A stretch of 64,000 bases of DNA from Phyllobates terribilis. Lineage: Eukaryota. Numbering within the stretch: position 1 is the stretch's first letter; every line of letters starts with the position of its first letter. The notes beneath the pieces were generated by a model that had not been told where the DNA came from, did not search any database, and was given only the letters and a program-made list of their open reading frames with translations. The DNA lies in the NCBI RefSeq assembly GCF_046119375.1, contig NW_027362763.1:548948001-549012000 (forward strand), read 5' to 3'. The position numbers were made by a program, and so were the translations under genes. Positions 49,944-64,000 of the stretch are shown in pieces.

Positions 49944-52900
49944 CCTGATTTTTCAGACACAAATATATCTGTTGAAAATAGTCTGGTGTAGGCCAGATTA
50001 CTAGAACTGTGGTTTTGCAGTTCCACGGGTCAAATCTCTGTATTATCCTTCTTTTGGCATTTTTTGCCGTAAAGAAAAACAGTAGTGTCTCCTGATTGTT
50101 CAGACACAAATATATCTGTTGAAAATAGTCTGGTGTAGGCCCGAGAAATACAAGTGTGGTTTTGCAGTTCCACGGGTCAAATCTCTGTATTATCCTGCTT
50201 TTTTGCATATTTGCTGTAAAGAAAAACAGTAGTGTCTCCTGATTGCTCAGACACAAATATATCTGTTGGAAATAGTCTGGTGTAGGCCCGAGAAATACAA
50301 GTGTGGTTTTGCAGTTCCACGGGTCAAATCTCTGTATTATCCTGCTTTTTTGCATATTTGCTGTAAAGAAAAACAGTAGTGTCTCCTGATTGTTCAGACA
50401 CAAATATATCTGTTGGAAATAGTCTGGTGTAGGCCCGAGAAATACAAGTGTGGTTTTGCAGTTCCACGGGTCAAATCTCTGTATTATCCTGCTTTTTTGC
50501 ATTTTTTGCCATAAAGAAAAACAGTAGTGTCTCCTGATTGTTCAGACACAAATATATCTGTTGAAAATAGTCTGGTGTAGGCCCGAGAAATACAAGTGTG
50601 GTTTTGCAGTTCCACGGGTCAAATCTCTGTATTATCCTGCTTTTTTGCATTTTTTGCCGTAAAGAAAAACAGTAGTGTCTCCTGATTGTTCAGACACAAA
50701 TATATCTGTTGAAAATAGTCTGGTGTAGACCCGAGAAATACAAGTGTGGTTTTACAGTTCCACGGGTCAAATCTCTGTATTATCCTTCTTTTGGCATTTT
50801 TTGCCGTAAAGAAAAACAGTAGTGTCTCCTGATTGTTCAGACACAAATATATCTCTTGAAAATAGTCTGGTGTAGGCCCGAGAAATACAAGTGTGGTTTT
50901 GCAGTTCCACGGGTCAAATCTCTGTATTATCCTGCTTTTTTGCATTTTTTGCCATAAAGAAAAACAGTAGTGTCTCCTGATTGTTCAGACACAAATATAT
51001 CTGTTGAAAATAGTCTGGTGTAGGCCCGAGAAATACAAGTGTGGTTTTGCAGTTCCACGGGTCAAATCTCTGTATTATCCTGCTTTTTTGCATTTTTTGC
51101 TGTAAAGAAAAACAGTAGCGTCTCCTGATTGTTTAGACGCAAATATATCTGTTGAAAATGGTCTGGTGTAGGCCCGAGAGATACAAGTGTGGTTTTGCAG
51201 TTCCACGGGTCAAATCTCTGTATTATCCTGCTTTTTTGTATTTTTTGCCATAAAGAAAAACAGTAGTGTCTCCTGATTGTTCAGACACAAATATATCTGT
51301 TGAAAATAGTCTGGTGTAGGCCCGAGAAATACAAGTGTGGTTTTGCAGTTCCACGGGTCAAATCTCTGCATTATCCTGCTTTTTTGCACTTTTTGCCGTA
51401 AATGAAAACAGTAGTATCTCTTGATTGTTCAGACACAAATATATCTGTTGAAAATAGTCTGGTATAGACCCGAGAAATACAAGTGTGGTTTTGCAGTTCC
51501 ACTGGTCAAATCTCTGTATTATCCTTCTTTTGGCATTTTTTGCCGTAAAGAAAAACAGCAGTGTCTCCTGATTATTCAGACAGAAATATATCTGTTGAAA
51601 ATAGTCTGGTGTAGACGCGAGAAATACAAGTGTGATTTGAAGTTCCGCGGGTCAAATCTCTGTATTATCCTGCTTTTTTGCATTTTTTGCTGTAAAGAAA
51701 AACAGTAGTGTCTCCTGATTGTTCAGACACAAATATATCTGTTGAAAATAGTCTGGTGTAGGCCCGAGAAATACAAGTGTAGTTTTGCAGTTCCACGGGT
51801 CAAATCTCTGTATTATCCTGCTTTTTTGCATTTTTTGCCGTAAATGAAAACAGTAGTATCTCTTGATTGTTCAGACACAAATATATCTGTTGAAAATAGT
51901 CTGGTGTAGGCCCGAGAAATGCAAGTGTGGTTTTGCAGTTCCACTGGTCAAATCTCTGTATCATCCTTCTTTTGGCATTTTTTGCCATAAAGAAAAACAG
52001 TAGTGTCTCCTGATTGTTCAGACAGAAATATATCTGTTGAAAATAGTCTGGTGTAGGCCCGAGAAATACAAGTGTGATTTGAAGTTCCGCGGGTCAAATC
52101 TCTGTATTATCCTGCTTTTTTGCATTTTTTGCTGTAAAGAAAAACAGTAGTGTCTCCTGATTGTTTAGACGCAAATATATCTGTTGAAAATGGACTGGTG
52201 TAGGCCCGAGAGATACAAGTGTGGTTTTGCAGTTCCATGGGTCAAATCTCTGTATTATCCTGCTTTTTTGTATTTTTTGCCGTAAAGAAAAACAGTAGTG
52301 TCTCCTGATTGTTCAGACACAAATATATCTGTTGAAAATAGTCTGGTGTAGGCCCGAGAAACATAAGTGTGGTTTTGCAGTTCCACGGGTCAAATCTCTG
52401 TATTATCCTGCTTTTTTGCATTTTTTGCTGTAAAGAAAAACAGTAGTGTCTCCTGATTGTTCAGACACAAATATATCTGTTGAAAATAGTCTGGTGTAGG
52501 CCCGAGAAATACAAGTGTGATTTTGCAGTTCCACGGGTCAAATCTCTGTATTATCCTTCTTTTGGCATTTTTTGCCGTAAAGAAAAACAGTAGTGTCTCC
52601 TGATTGTTCAGACACAAATATATCTGTTGAAAATAGTCTGGTGTAGGCCCGAGAAATTCAAGTGTGGTTTTGCAGTTCCACGGGTCAAATCTCTGTATTA
52701 TCCTGCTTTTTTGCATATTTGCTGTAAAGAAAAACAGTAGTGTCTCCTGATTGCTCAGACACAAATATATCTGTTGGAAATAGTCTGGTGTAGGCCCGAG
52801 AAATACAAGTGTGGTTTTGCAGTTCCACGGGTCAAATCTCTGTATTATCCTGCTTTTTTGCATATTTGCTGTAAAGAAAAACAGTAGTGTCTCCTGATTG

Positions 52901-55900
52901 TTCAGACACAAATATATCTGTTGGAAATAGTCTGGTGTAGGCCCGAGAAATACAAGTGTGGTTTTGCAGTTCCACGGGTCAAATCTCTGTATTATCCTGC
53001 TTTTTTGCATTTTTTGCCATAAATAAAAACAGTAGTGTCTCCTGATTGTTCAGACACAAATATATCTGTTGAAAATAGTCTGGTGTAGGCCCGAGAAATA
53101 CAAGTGTGGTTTTGCAGTTCCACGGGTCAAATCTCTGTATTATCCTGCTTTTTTGCATTTTTTGCCGTAAAGAAAAACAGTAGTGTCTCCTGATTGTTCA
53201 GACACAAATATATCTGTTGAAAATAGTCTGGTGTAGACCCGAGAAATACAAGTGTGGTTTTACAGTTCCACGGGTCAAATCTCTGTATTATCCTTCTTTT
53301 TGCATTTTTTGCCGTAAAGAAAAACAGTAGTGTCTCCTGATTGTTCAGACACAAATATATCTGTTGAAAATAGTCTGGTGTAGGCCCGAGAAATACAAGT
53401 GTGGTTTTGCAGTTCCACGGGTCAAATCTCTGTATTATCCTGCTTTTTTGCATTTTTTGCCATAAAGAAAAACAGTAGTGTCTCCTGATTGTTCAGACAC
53501 AAATATATCTGTTGAAAATAGTCTGGTGTAGGCCCGAGAAATACAAGTGTGGTTTTGCAGTTCCACGGGTCAAATCTCTGTATTATCCTGCTTTTTTGCA
53601 TTTTTTGCTGTAAAGAAAAACAGTAGTGTCTCCTGATTGTTTAGACGCAAATATATCTGTTGAAAATGGTCTGGTGTAGGCCCGAGAGATACAAGTGTGG
53701 TTTTGCAGTTCCATGGGTCAAATCTCTGTATTATCCTGCTTTTTTGTATTTTTTGCCATAAAGAAAAACAGTAGTGTCTCCTGATTGTTCAGACACAAAT
53801 ATATCTGTTGAAAATAGTCTGGTGTAGGCCCGAGAAATACAAGTGTGGTTTTGCAGTTCCACGGGTCAAATCTCTGCATTATCCTGCTTTTTTGCACTTT
53901 TTGCCGTAAATGAAAACAGTAGTATCTCTTGATTGTTCAGACACAAATATATCTGTTGAAAATAGTCTGGTATAGACCCGAGAAATACAAGTGTGGTTTT
54001 GCAGTTCCACTGGTCAAATCTCTGTATTATCCTTCTTTTGGCATTTTTTGCCGTAAAGAAAAACAGTAGTGTCTCCTGATTATTCAGACAGAAATATATC
54101 TGTTGAAAATAGTCTGGTGTAGAAGCGAGAAATACAAGTGTGATTTGAAGTTCCGCGGGTCAAATCTCTGTATTATCCTGCTTTTTTGCATTTTTTGCTG
54201 TAAAGAAAAACAGTAGTGTCTCCTGATTGTTCAGACATAAATATATCTGTTGAAAATAGTCTGGTGTAGGCCCGAGAAATACAAGTGTGGTTTTGCAGTT
54301 CCACGGGTCAAATCTCTGTATTATCCTGCTTTTTTGCATTTTTTGCCGTAAATGAAAACAGTAGTATCTCTTGATTGTTCAGACACAAATATATCTGTTG
54401 AAAATAGTCTGGTGTAGGCCCGAGAAATGCAAGTGTGGTTTTGCAGTTCCACTGGTCAAATCTCTGTATTATCCTTCTTTTGGCATTTTTTGCCATATAG
54501 AAAAACAGTAGTGTCTCCTGATTGTTCAGACAGAAATATATCTGTTGAAAATAGTCTGGTGTAGGCCCGAGAAATACAAGTGTGATTTGAAGTTCCGCGG
54601 GTCAAATCTCTGTATTATCCTGCTTTTTTGCATTTTTTGCTGTAAAGAAAAACAGTAGTGTCTCCTGATTGTTTAGACGCAAATATATCTGTTGAAAATG
54701 GACTGGTGTAGGCCCGAGAGATACAAGTGTGGTTTTGCAGTTCCATGGGTCAAATCTCTGTATTATCCTGCTTTTTTGTATTTTTTGCCGTAAAGAAAAA
54801 CAGTAGTGTCTCCTGATTGTTCAGACACAAATATATCTGTTGAAAATAGTCTGGTGTAGGCCCGAGAAACATAAGTGTGGTTTTGCAGTTCCACGGGTCA
54901 AATCTCTGTATTATCCTGCTTTTTTGCATTTTTTGCTGTAAAGAAAAACAGTAGTGTCTCTTGATTGTTCAGACACAAATATATCTGTTGAAAATAGTCT
55001 GGTGTAGGCCCGAGAAATACAAGTGTGGTTTTGCAGTTCCACGGGTCAAATCTCTGCATTATCCTGCTTTTTTGCACTTTTTGCCGTAAATGAAAACAGT
55101 AGTATCTCTTGATTGTTCAGACACAAATATATCTGTTGAAAATAGTCTGGTGTAGACCCGAGAAATACAAGTGTGGTTTTGCAGTTCCACTGGTCAAATC
55201 TCTGTATTATCCTTCTTTTGGCATTTTTTGCCGTAATGAAAACAGTAGTGTCTCGTGATTATTCAGACAGAAATATATCTGTTGAAAATAGTCTGGTGTA
55301 GACGCGAGAAATACAAGTGTGATTTGAAGTTCCGCGGGTCAAATCTCTGTATTATCCTGCTTTTTTGCATTTTTTGCTGTAAAGAAAAACAGTAGTGTCT
55401 CCTGATTGTTTAGACGCAAATATATCTGTTGAAAATGGTCTGGTGTAGGCCCGAGAGATACAAGTGTGGTTTTGCAGTTCCATGGGTCAAATCTCTGTAT
55501 TATCCTGCTTTTTTGCATTATTTGCCGTAAAGAAAAAGAGTAGTGTCTCCTGATTGTTCAGACACAAATATATCTGTTGAAAATAGTCTAGTGTAGGTCC
55601 GAGAAATATAAGTGTGGTTTTGTAGTTCCACGGGTCAAATCGCTGTATTATCCTGCTTTTTTGCATTTTTTGTCGTAAAGAAAAACAGTAGTGTCTCCTG
55701 ATTCTTCAGACACAAATATATCTGTTGAAAATAGTCTGGTGTAGGACCGAGAAATACAAGTGTGGTTCTGCAGTTCCACGGGTCAAATCTCTGTATTATC
55801 CTGCTTTTCTGCATTTTTTGTCGTAAAGAAAAACAGTAGTGTCTCCTGATTGTTCAGACACAAATATATCTGTTGAAAATAGTCTGGTGTAGGCCAGATT

Positions 55901-58900
55901 GCTAGAACTGTGGTTTTGCAGTTCCATGGGTCAAATCTTTGTATTATCCTTCTTTTGGCAATTTTTGCCGTAAAGAAAAACAGTAGTGTCTCCTGATTGT
56001 TCAGACACAAATATATCTGTTGAAAATAGTCTGGTGTAGGCCCGAGAAATACAAGTGTGGTTTTGCAGTTCCACGGGTCAAATCTCTGTATTATCCTGCT
56101 TTTTTGCATTTTTTGCCATAAAGAAAAACAGTAGTGTCTCCTGATTGTTCAGACACAAATATATCTGTTGAAAATAGTCTGGTGTAGACCCGAGAAATAC
56201 AAGTGTGGTTTTGCAGTTCCACGGGTCAAATCTCTGCATTATCCTGCTTTTTTGCATTTTTTGCCGTAAATGAAAACAGTAGTATCTTTTGATTGTACAG
56301 ACACAAATATATCTGTTGAAAATAGTCTGGTGTAGGCCCGAGAAATACAAGTGTGATTTTGCAGTTCCACGGGTCAAATCTCTGTATTATCCTGCTTTTT
56401 TGCATTTTTTGCCGTAAAGAAAAACAGTAGTGTCTCCTGATTGTTCAGACACAAATATATCTGTTGAAAATAGTCTGGTGTAGACCCGAGAAATACAAGT
56501 GTGGTTTTACAGTTCCACTGGTCAAATCTCTGTATTATCCTTCTTTTGGCATTTTTTGCCGTAAAGAAAAACAGTAGTGTCTCCTGATTGTTCAGACACA
56601 AATATATCTGTTGAAAATAGTCTGGTGTAGGCCCGAGAAATACAAGTGTGGTTTTGCAGTTCCACGGGTCAAATCTCTGTATTATCCTGCTTTTTTGCAT
56701 ATTTGCTGTAAAGAAAAACAGTAGTGTCTCCTGATTGTTCAGACACAAATATATCTGTTGAAAATAGTCTGGTGTAGGCCCGAGAAATACAAGTGTGGTT
56801 TTGCAGTTCCACGGGTCAAATCTCTGTATTATCCTGCTTTTTTGCATTTTTTGCCATAAAGAAAAACAGTAGTGTCTCCTGATTGTTCAGACACAAATAT
56901 ATCTGTTGAAAATAGTCAGGTGTAGGCCCGAGAAATACAAGTGTGGTTTTGCAGTTCCACGGGTCAAATCTCTGTATTATCCTGCTTTTTTGCATTTTTT
57001 GCCGTAAATGAAAACAGTAGTATCTCTTGATTATTCAGACACAAATATATCTGTTGAAAATAGTCTGGTGTAGGCCCGAGAAATACAAGTGTGGTTTTGC
57101 AGTTCCACTGGTCAAATCTCTGTATTATCCTTCTTTTGGCATTTTTTGCCGTAAAGAAAAACAGTAGTGTCTCCTGATTGTTCAGACAGAAATATATCTG
57201 TTGAAAATAGTGTGGTGTAGGTCCGAGAAATACAAGTGTGATTTGAAGTTCCGCGGGTCAAATCTCTGTATTATCCTGCTTTTTTGCATTTTTTGCCGTA
57301 AAGAAAAACAGTAGTGTCTCCTGATTGTTTCGACGCAAATATATCTGTTGAAAATGGTCTGGTGTAGGCCCGAGAGATACAAGTGTGGTTTTGCAGTTCC
57401 ATGGGTCAAATCTCTGTATTATCCTGCTTTTTTGTATATTTTGCCGTAAAGAAAAAGAGTAGTGTCTCCTGATTGTTCAGATACAAATATATCTGTTGAA
57501 AATAGTCTGGTGTAGGCCCGAGAAATATAAGTGTGGTTTTGCAGTTCCACGGGTCAAATCTCTGTATTTTCCTGCTTTTTTGCACTTTTTGCTGTAAAGA
57601 AAGACAGTAGTGTCTCCTGATTGTTCAGACACAAATATATCTGTTGAAAATAGTCTGGTGTATACCAGATTACTAGAACTGTGGTTTTGCAGTTCCACAG
57701 GTCAAATCTCTGTATTATCCTTCTTTTGGCATTTTTTGCCGTAAAGAAAAACAGTAGTGTCTCCTGATTGTTCAGACACAAATATATCTGTTGAAAATAG
57801 TCTGGTGTAGGCCCGAGAAATACAAGTGAGGTTTTGCAGTTCCACGGGTCAAATCTCTGCATTATCCTGCTTTTTTGCATTTTTTTCTGTAAAGAAAACA
57901 GTAGTGTCTCCTGATTGTTCAGACACAAATATATCTGTTGAAAATAGTCTGGTGTAGGCGAGATTACTAGAACTGTGGTTTTGCAGTTCCACGGGTCAAA
58001 TCTCTGTATTATCCTTCTTTTGGCATTTTTTGCCGTTAAGAAAAACAGTAGTGTCTCCTGATTTTTCAGACACAAATATATCTGTTGAAAATAGTCTGGT
58101 GTAGGCCCGAGAAATACAAGTGTGATTTGAAGTTCCACGGGTCAAATCTTTGTATTATCCTGCTTTTTTGCATTTTTTGCTGTAAAGAAAAACAGTAGTG
58201 TCTCCTGATTGTTTAGACACAAATATATCTGTTGAAAATAGTCTGGTGTAGGCCCGAGAGATACAAGTGTGGTTTTGCAGTTCCACGGGTCAAATCTCTA
58301 TATTATCCTGCTTTTTTGTATTTTTTGCTGTAAAGAAAAACAGTAGAGTCTCCTCATTGTTCAGACACGAATATATCTGTTGAAAATAGTCTGGTGTAGG
58401 CCCGAGAAATATAAGTGTGGTTTTGCAGTTCCAAGGGTCAAATCCCTGTATTATCCTGCTTTTTTGATTTTTTTGTCGTAAAGAAAAACAGTAGTGTCTC
58501 CTGTTTGTTCAGACACAAATATATCTGTTGAAAATAGTCTGGTGTAGGCTCCAGAAATACAAGTGTGGTTTTGCAGTTCCATGGGTCAAATCTCTGTATT
58601 ATCCTGCTTTTTTGCATTTTTGCCGTAAAGAAAAACCGTAGTGTCTCATGATTGTTCAGACACAAATATATCTGTTGAAAATAGTCTGGTGTAGGCCAGA
58701 TTACTAGAACTGTGGTTTTGCAGTTCCACGGGTCAAATCTTTGTATTTTCCTTCTTTTGGCAATTTTTGCCGTAAAGAAAAACAGTAGGGTCTCCTGATT
58801 GTTCAGACACAAATATATCTGTTGAAAATAGTCTGGTGTATGCCAGATTACTAGAACTGTGGTTTTGCAGTTCCACGGGTCAAATCTCTGTATTATCCTT

Positions 58901-61900
58901 CTTTTGGCATTTTTTGCCGTAAAGAAAAACAGTAGTGTCTCCTGATTGTTCAGACACAAATATATCTGTTGAAAATAGTCTGGTGTAGGCCCGAGAAATA
59001 CAAGTGTGGTTTTGCAGTTCCACGGGTCAAATCTCTGTATTATCCTTCTTTTGGCATTTTTTGCCGTAAAGAAAAACAGTAGTGTCTCCTGATTGTTCAG
59101 ACACAAATATATCTGTTGAAAATAGTCTGGTGTAGGCCTGAGAAATACAAGTGTGGTTTTGCAGTTCCACGGGTCAAATCTCTGTATTATCCTGCTTTTT
59201 TGCATATTTGCTGTAAAGAAAAACAGTAGTGTCTCCTGATTGTTCAGACACAAATATATCTGTTGAAAATAGTCTGGTGTAGGCCCGAGAAATACAAGTG
59301 TGGTTTTGCAGTTCCACGGGTCAAATCTCTGTATTATCCTGCTTTTTTGCATTTTTTGCCATAAAGAAAAACAGTAGTGTCTCCTGATTGTTCAGACACA
59401 AATATATCTGTTGAAAATAGTCTGGTGTAGGCCCGAGAAATACAAGTGTGGTTTTGCAGTTCCACGGGTCAAATCTCTGTATTATCCTGCTTTTTTGCAT
59501 TTTTTGCCGTAAATGAAAACAGTAGTATCTCTTGATTATTCAGACACAAATATATCTGTTGAAAATAGTCTGGTGTAGGCCGAGAAATACAAGTGTGGTT
59601 TTGCAGTTCCACTGGTCAAATCTCTGTATTATCCTGCTTTTTTGCATTTTTTGCCGTAAAGAAAAACAGTAGTGTCTCCTGATTGTTCAGACACAAATAT
59701 ATCTGTTGAAAATAGTCTGGTGTAGGCCCGAGAAATACAAGTGTGGTTTTGCAGTTCCACGGGTCAAATCTCTGTATTATCCTTCTTTTGGCATTTTTTG
59801 CCGTAAAGAAAAACAGTAGTGTCTCCTGATTGTTCAGACAGAAATATATCTGTTGAAAATAGTGTGGTGTACTTCCGAGAAATACAAGTGTGATTTGAAG
59901 TTCCGCAGGTCAAATCTCTGTATTATCCTGCTTTTTTGCATTTTTTGCCGTAAAGAAAAACAGTAGTGTCTCCTGATTGTTTAGACGCAAATATATCTGT
60001 TGAAAATGGTATGGTGTAGGCCCGAGAGATACAAGTGTGGTTTTGCAGTTCCATGCGTCAAATCTCTGTATTATCCTGCTTTTTTGTATTTTTTGCCGTA
60101 AATGAAAACAGTAGTATCTCTTGATTATTCAGACACAAATATATCTGTTGAAAATAGTCTGGTGTAGGCCCGAGAAATACAAGTGTGGTTTTGCAGTTCC
60201 ACGGGTCAAATCTCTGTATTATCCTTCTTTTGGCATTTTTTGCCGTAAGGAAAAACAGTAGTGTCTCCTGATTGTTCAGACACAAATATATCTGTTGAAA
60301 ATAGTCTGGTGTAGGCCCGAGAAATACAAGTGTGATTTGAAGTTCCGCCGGTCAAATCTCTGTATTATCCTCCTTTTTTGCTTTTTTTGCTGTAAAGAAA
60401 AACAGTAGTGTCTCCTGATTGTTTAGACTCAAATATATCTGTTGAAAATAGTCTGGTGTAGGCCAGAGAGATACAAGTGTTGTTTTGCAGTTCCACGGGT
60501 CAAATCTCTGTATTATCCTGCTTTTTTGTATTTTTAGCCGTAAAGAAAAACAGTAGTGTCTCCTGATTTTTCAGACACAAATATATCTGTTGAAAATAGT
60601 CTGGTGTAGGCCCGAGAAATATAAGTGTGGTTTTGCAGTTCCACGGGTCAAATCTCTGTATTATCCTGCTTTTTTGCATTTTTTGTCGGAAAGAAAACAG
60701 TAGTGTCTCCTGATTGTTCAGACACAAATATATCTGTTGAAAATAGTATGGTGTAGGCCCGAGAAATACAAGTGTGGTTATGCAGTTCCACGGGTCAAAT
60801 CCCTGTATTATCCTGCTTTTTTGCATTTTTTGCCGAAAAGAAAAACAGTAGTGTCTCCTGATTGTTCAGACACAAATATATCTGTTGAAAATAGTCTCGT
60901 GTAGGCCAGATTACTAGAACTGTGGTTTTGCAGTTCCATGGGTGAAATCTTTGTATTATCCTTCTTTTGGCAATTTTTGCCGTAAAGTAAAACAGTAGTG
61001 TCTCCTGATTGTTCAGACACAAATATATCTGTTGAAAATAGTCCTCTGTATGCCAGATTAATAGAACTGTGGTTTTGCAGTTCCACGGGTCAAATCTCTG
61101 TATTATCCTTCTTTTGGCATTTTTTGCCGTAAAGAAAAACAGTAGTGTCTCCTGATTGTTCAGACACAAATATATCTGTTGAAAATAGTCTGGTGTAGGC
61201 CCGAGAATTACAAGTGTGGTTTTGCAGTTCCACGGGTCAAATCTCTGTATTATCCTGCTTTTTTGCATTTTTTCCTATAAAGAAAAACAGTAGTGTCTCC
61301 TGATTGTTCAGACACAAATATATCTGTTGAAAATAGTCTGGTGTAGGCCCGAGAAATACAAGTGTGGTTTTGCAGTTCCACGGGTCAAATCTCTGTGTTA
61401 TCCTGCTTTTTTGCATTTTTTGCCGTAAAGAAAAACAGTAGTGTCTCCTGATTGTTCAGACACAAATATATCTCTTGAAAATAGTCTGGTGTAGGCCCGA
61501 GAAATACAAGTGTGGTTTTGCAGTTCCACGGGTCAAATCTCTGTATTATCCTGCTTTTTTGTATTTTTTACTGTAAAGAAAAACAGTAGTGTCTCCTGAT
61601 TGTTCAGACACAAATATATCTGTTGAAAATAGTCTGGTGTAGGCCCGAGAAATACAAGTGTGGTTTTGCAGTTCCACGGGTCAAATCTCTGTATTATCCT
61701 TCTTTTGGCATTTTTTGCTGTAAAGAAAAACAGTAGTGTCTCCTGATTGTTCAGACACAAATATATCTGTTGAAAATATTCTGGTGTAGACGAGATTTCT
61801 AGAACTCTGATTTTGCAGTTCCACGGGTCCAATCTCTGTATTATCCTTCTATTGGCATTTTTTGCCGTAAAGAAAAACAGTAGTGTCTCCTGATTTTTCA

Positions 61901-64000
61901 GACACAAATATATCTGTTGAAAATAGTCTGGTGTATGCCAGAGTACTAGAACTGTGGTTTTGCAGTTCCACGGGTCAAATCTCTGTATTATCCTGCTTTT
62001 TTGCAGTTTTTGCCGTAAAGAAAAACAGTAGTGTCTCCTGATTGTTCAGACACAAATATATCTGTTGAAAATAGTCTGGTGTAGGCCCGAGAAATAAAAG
62101 TGTGGTTTTGCAGTTCCACTGGTCAATTCTCTATATTATCCTTCTTTTGGCATTTTTTGCCGTAAAGAAAAACAGTAGTGTCTCCTGATTGTTCAGACAC
62201 AAATATATCTGTTGAAAATAGTCTGTTGTAGGCGAGATTACTAGAACTGTGGTTTTGCCGTTCCACGTGTCAAATCTCTCTATTATCCTTCTTTTGGCAT
62301 TTTTTGCCGTAAAGAAAAACAGTAGTGTCTCCTGATTGTTCAGACACAAATATATCTGTTGAAAATAGTCTGGTGTAGGCCCGAGAGATACAAGTGTGGT
62401 TTTGCAGTTCCACGGGTCAAATCTCTGTATTATCCTGCTTTTTTGTATTTTTTGCCGTAAAGAAAAACAGTAGTGTCTCCTGATTTTTCAGACACAAATA
62501 TATCTGTTGAAAATAGTCTGGTGTAGGCCCGAAAAATATAAGTGTGGTTTTGCAGTTCCACGGGTCAAATCTCTGTATTATCCTGCTTTTTTGCATTTTT
62601 TGTCGGAAAGATAAACAGTAGTGTCTCCTGATTGTTCAGACACAAATATATCTGTTGAAAATAGTCTGGTGTAGGCCCGAGAAATACAAGTGTGGTTCGG
62701 CAGTTCCACGGGTCAAATCTCTGTATTATCCTGCTTTTTTGCATTTTTTGTCGAAAAGAAAAACAGTAGTGTCTCCTGATTGTTCAGACACAAATATATC
62801 TGTTGAAAATAGTCTGGTGTAGGCCAGATTACTAGAACTGTGGTTTTGCAGTTCCATGGGTGAAATCTTTGTATTATCCTTCTTTTGGCAATTTTTGCCG
62901 TAAAGAAAAACAGTAGTGTCTCCTGATTGTTCAGACACAAATATATCTGTTGAAAATAGTCTGGTGTATGCCAGATTAATAGAACTGTGCTTTTGCAGTT
63001 CCACGTGTCAAATCTCTGTATTATCCTTCTTTTGGCATTTTTTGCTGTAAAGAAAAACAGTAGTGTCTCCTGATTGTTCAGACACAAATATATCTGTTGA
63101 AAATAGTCTGGTGTAGGCGAGATTACTAAAACTGTGGTTTTGCAGTTCCACGGGTCAAATCTCTGTATTATCCTTCTTTTGGCATTTTTTGCAGTAAAGA
63201 AAAACAGTACTGTCTCCTGATTGTTCAGACACAAATATATCTGTTGAAAATAGTCTGGTGTAGGCGAGATTACTAGAACTGTGGTTTTGCAGTTCCACGG
63301 GTCAAATCTCTCTATTATCCTTCTTTTGGCATTTTTTGCCATAAAGAAAAACAGTAGTGTCTCCTGATTGTTCAGACACAAATATATCTGTTGAAAATAG
63401 TCTGGTGTAGGCCCGAGAAATACAAGTGTGGTTTTGCAGTTCCACGGGTCAAATCTCTGTATTATCCTGCTTTTTTGCACTTTTTGCCGTAAAGAAAAAC
63501 AGTTGTGTCTCCTGATTGCTCAGACACAAATATATCTGTTGAAAATACTCTGGTGTAGGCGAGATTACTAGAACTGTGGTTTTACAGTTCCACGGGTCAA
63601 ATCTCTGTATTATCCTTCTGTTGGCATTTTTTGCCGTAAGGAAAAACAGTAGTGTCTCCTGATTGTTCAGACACAAATATATCTGTTGAAAATAGTCTGG
63701 TGTAGGCGAGATTACTAGAACTGTGGTTTTGCAGTTCCACGGGTCAAATCTCTCTATTATCCTTCTTTTGGCATTTTTTGCCGTAAAGAAAAACAGTAGT
63801 GTCTCCTGATTGTTCAGACACAAATATATCTGTTGAAAATAGTCTGGTGTAGGCCTGAGAAATATAAGTGTGATTTGAAGTTCGACGGGTCAAATCTCTG
63901 TATTATCCTGCTTTTTTGTTTTTTTGCTGTAAAGAAAAACAGTAGTGTCTCCTGATTGTTTAGACTCAAATATATCTGTTGAAAATAGTCTGGTGTAGGC
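49944..64000 (+). repeat. 147/148-bp satellite array, ~95 monomers, runs past the window end
   Basis: CAGACACAAATATATCTGTTGAAAATAGTCTGGTGTAGGCCCGAGAAATACAAGTGTGGTTTTGCAGTTCCACGGGTCAAATCTCTG... recurs at 49954, 50101, 50248, 50395, 50543 etc. Confidence 0.99.

Noticed and set aside
50000-50150. CENP-B box in the satellite monomer (TTTGCAGTTCCACGGG)
   Set aside because: Only 6 of the 9 core positions of NTTCGNNNNANNCGGGN match.
49771-63823. Long minus-strand ORFs (MQKSRIIQRFDPWNCKTT..., up to 304 aa)
   Set aside because: These are translations of the satellite. 147-bp monomers keep the frame and 148-bp monomers break it at random, with no start or stop context.

Overview
Repeat-dominated vertebrate genomic DNA. 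An anuran (frog) origin is inferred from the TE families present. No intact protein-coding gene can be supported, and most long ORFs in the track are translations of tandem repeats. Contents: (i) two inverted copies of a Tc1-superfamily DD38E (Intruder-type) transposon with ~269-bp TIRs, both broken, one by a solo LTR; (ii) an older, internally deleted Tc1 copy whose left TIR is split by LTR insertions; (iii) four copies of a ~1.25-1.35-kb TG...CA LTR family (4-bp TSDs visible on the two complete copies), three of which carry an internal tRNA-Ser primer-binding site 120-145 bp inside the terminus, the most unusual observation here; (iv) two other solo LTRs with 5-bp TSDs; (v) a 4-kb non-autonomous piggyBac-like element (TTAA), hAT-type elements carrying 30-32-bp minisatellites, and Kolobok/T2- and Harbinger-type MITEs; (vi) L2 and Penelope-like remnants, several with degenerate hammerhead-ribozyme cores; (vii) an inverted triplication of an unidentified repeat at 13.1-15.9 kb; (viii) weak candidate minus-strand exons at 25-32 kb; (ix) from ~49.94 kb to the window end, a 147/148-bp satellite (~95 monomers) that starts inside a hAT-like element and contains a 17-monomer (2508-bp) higher-order duplication. 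All alignments and counts were done by eye.
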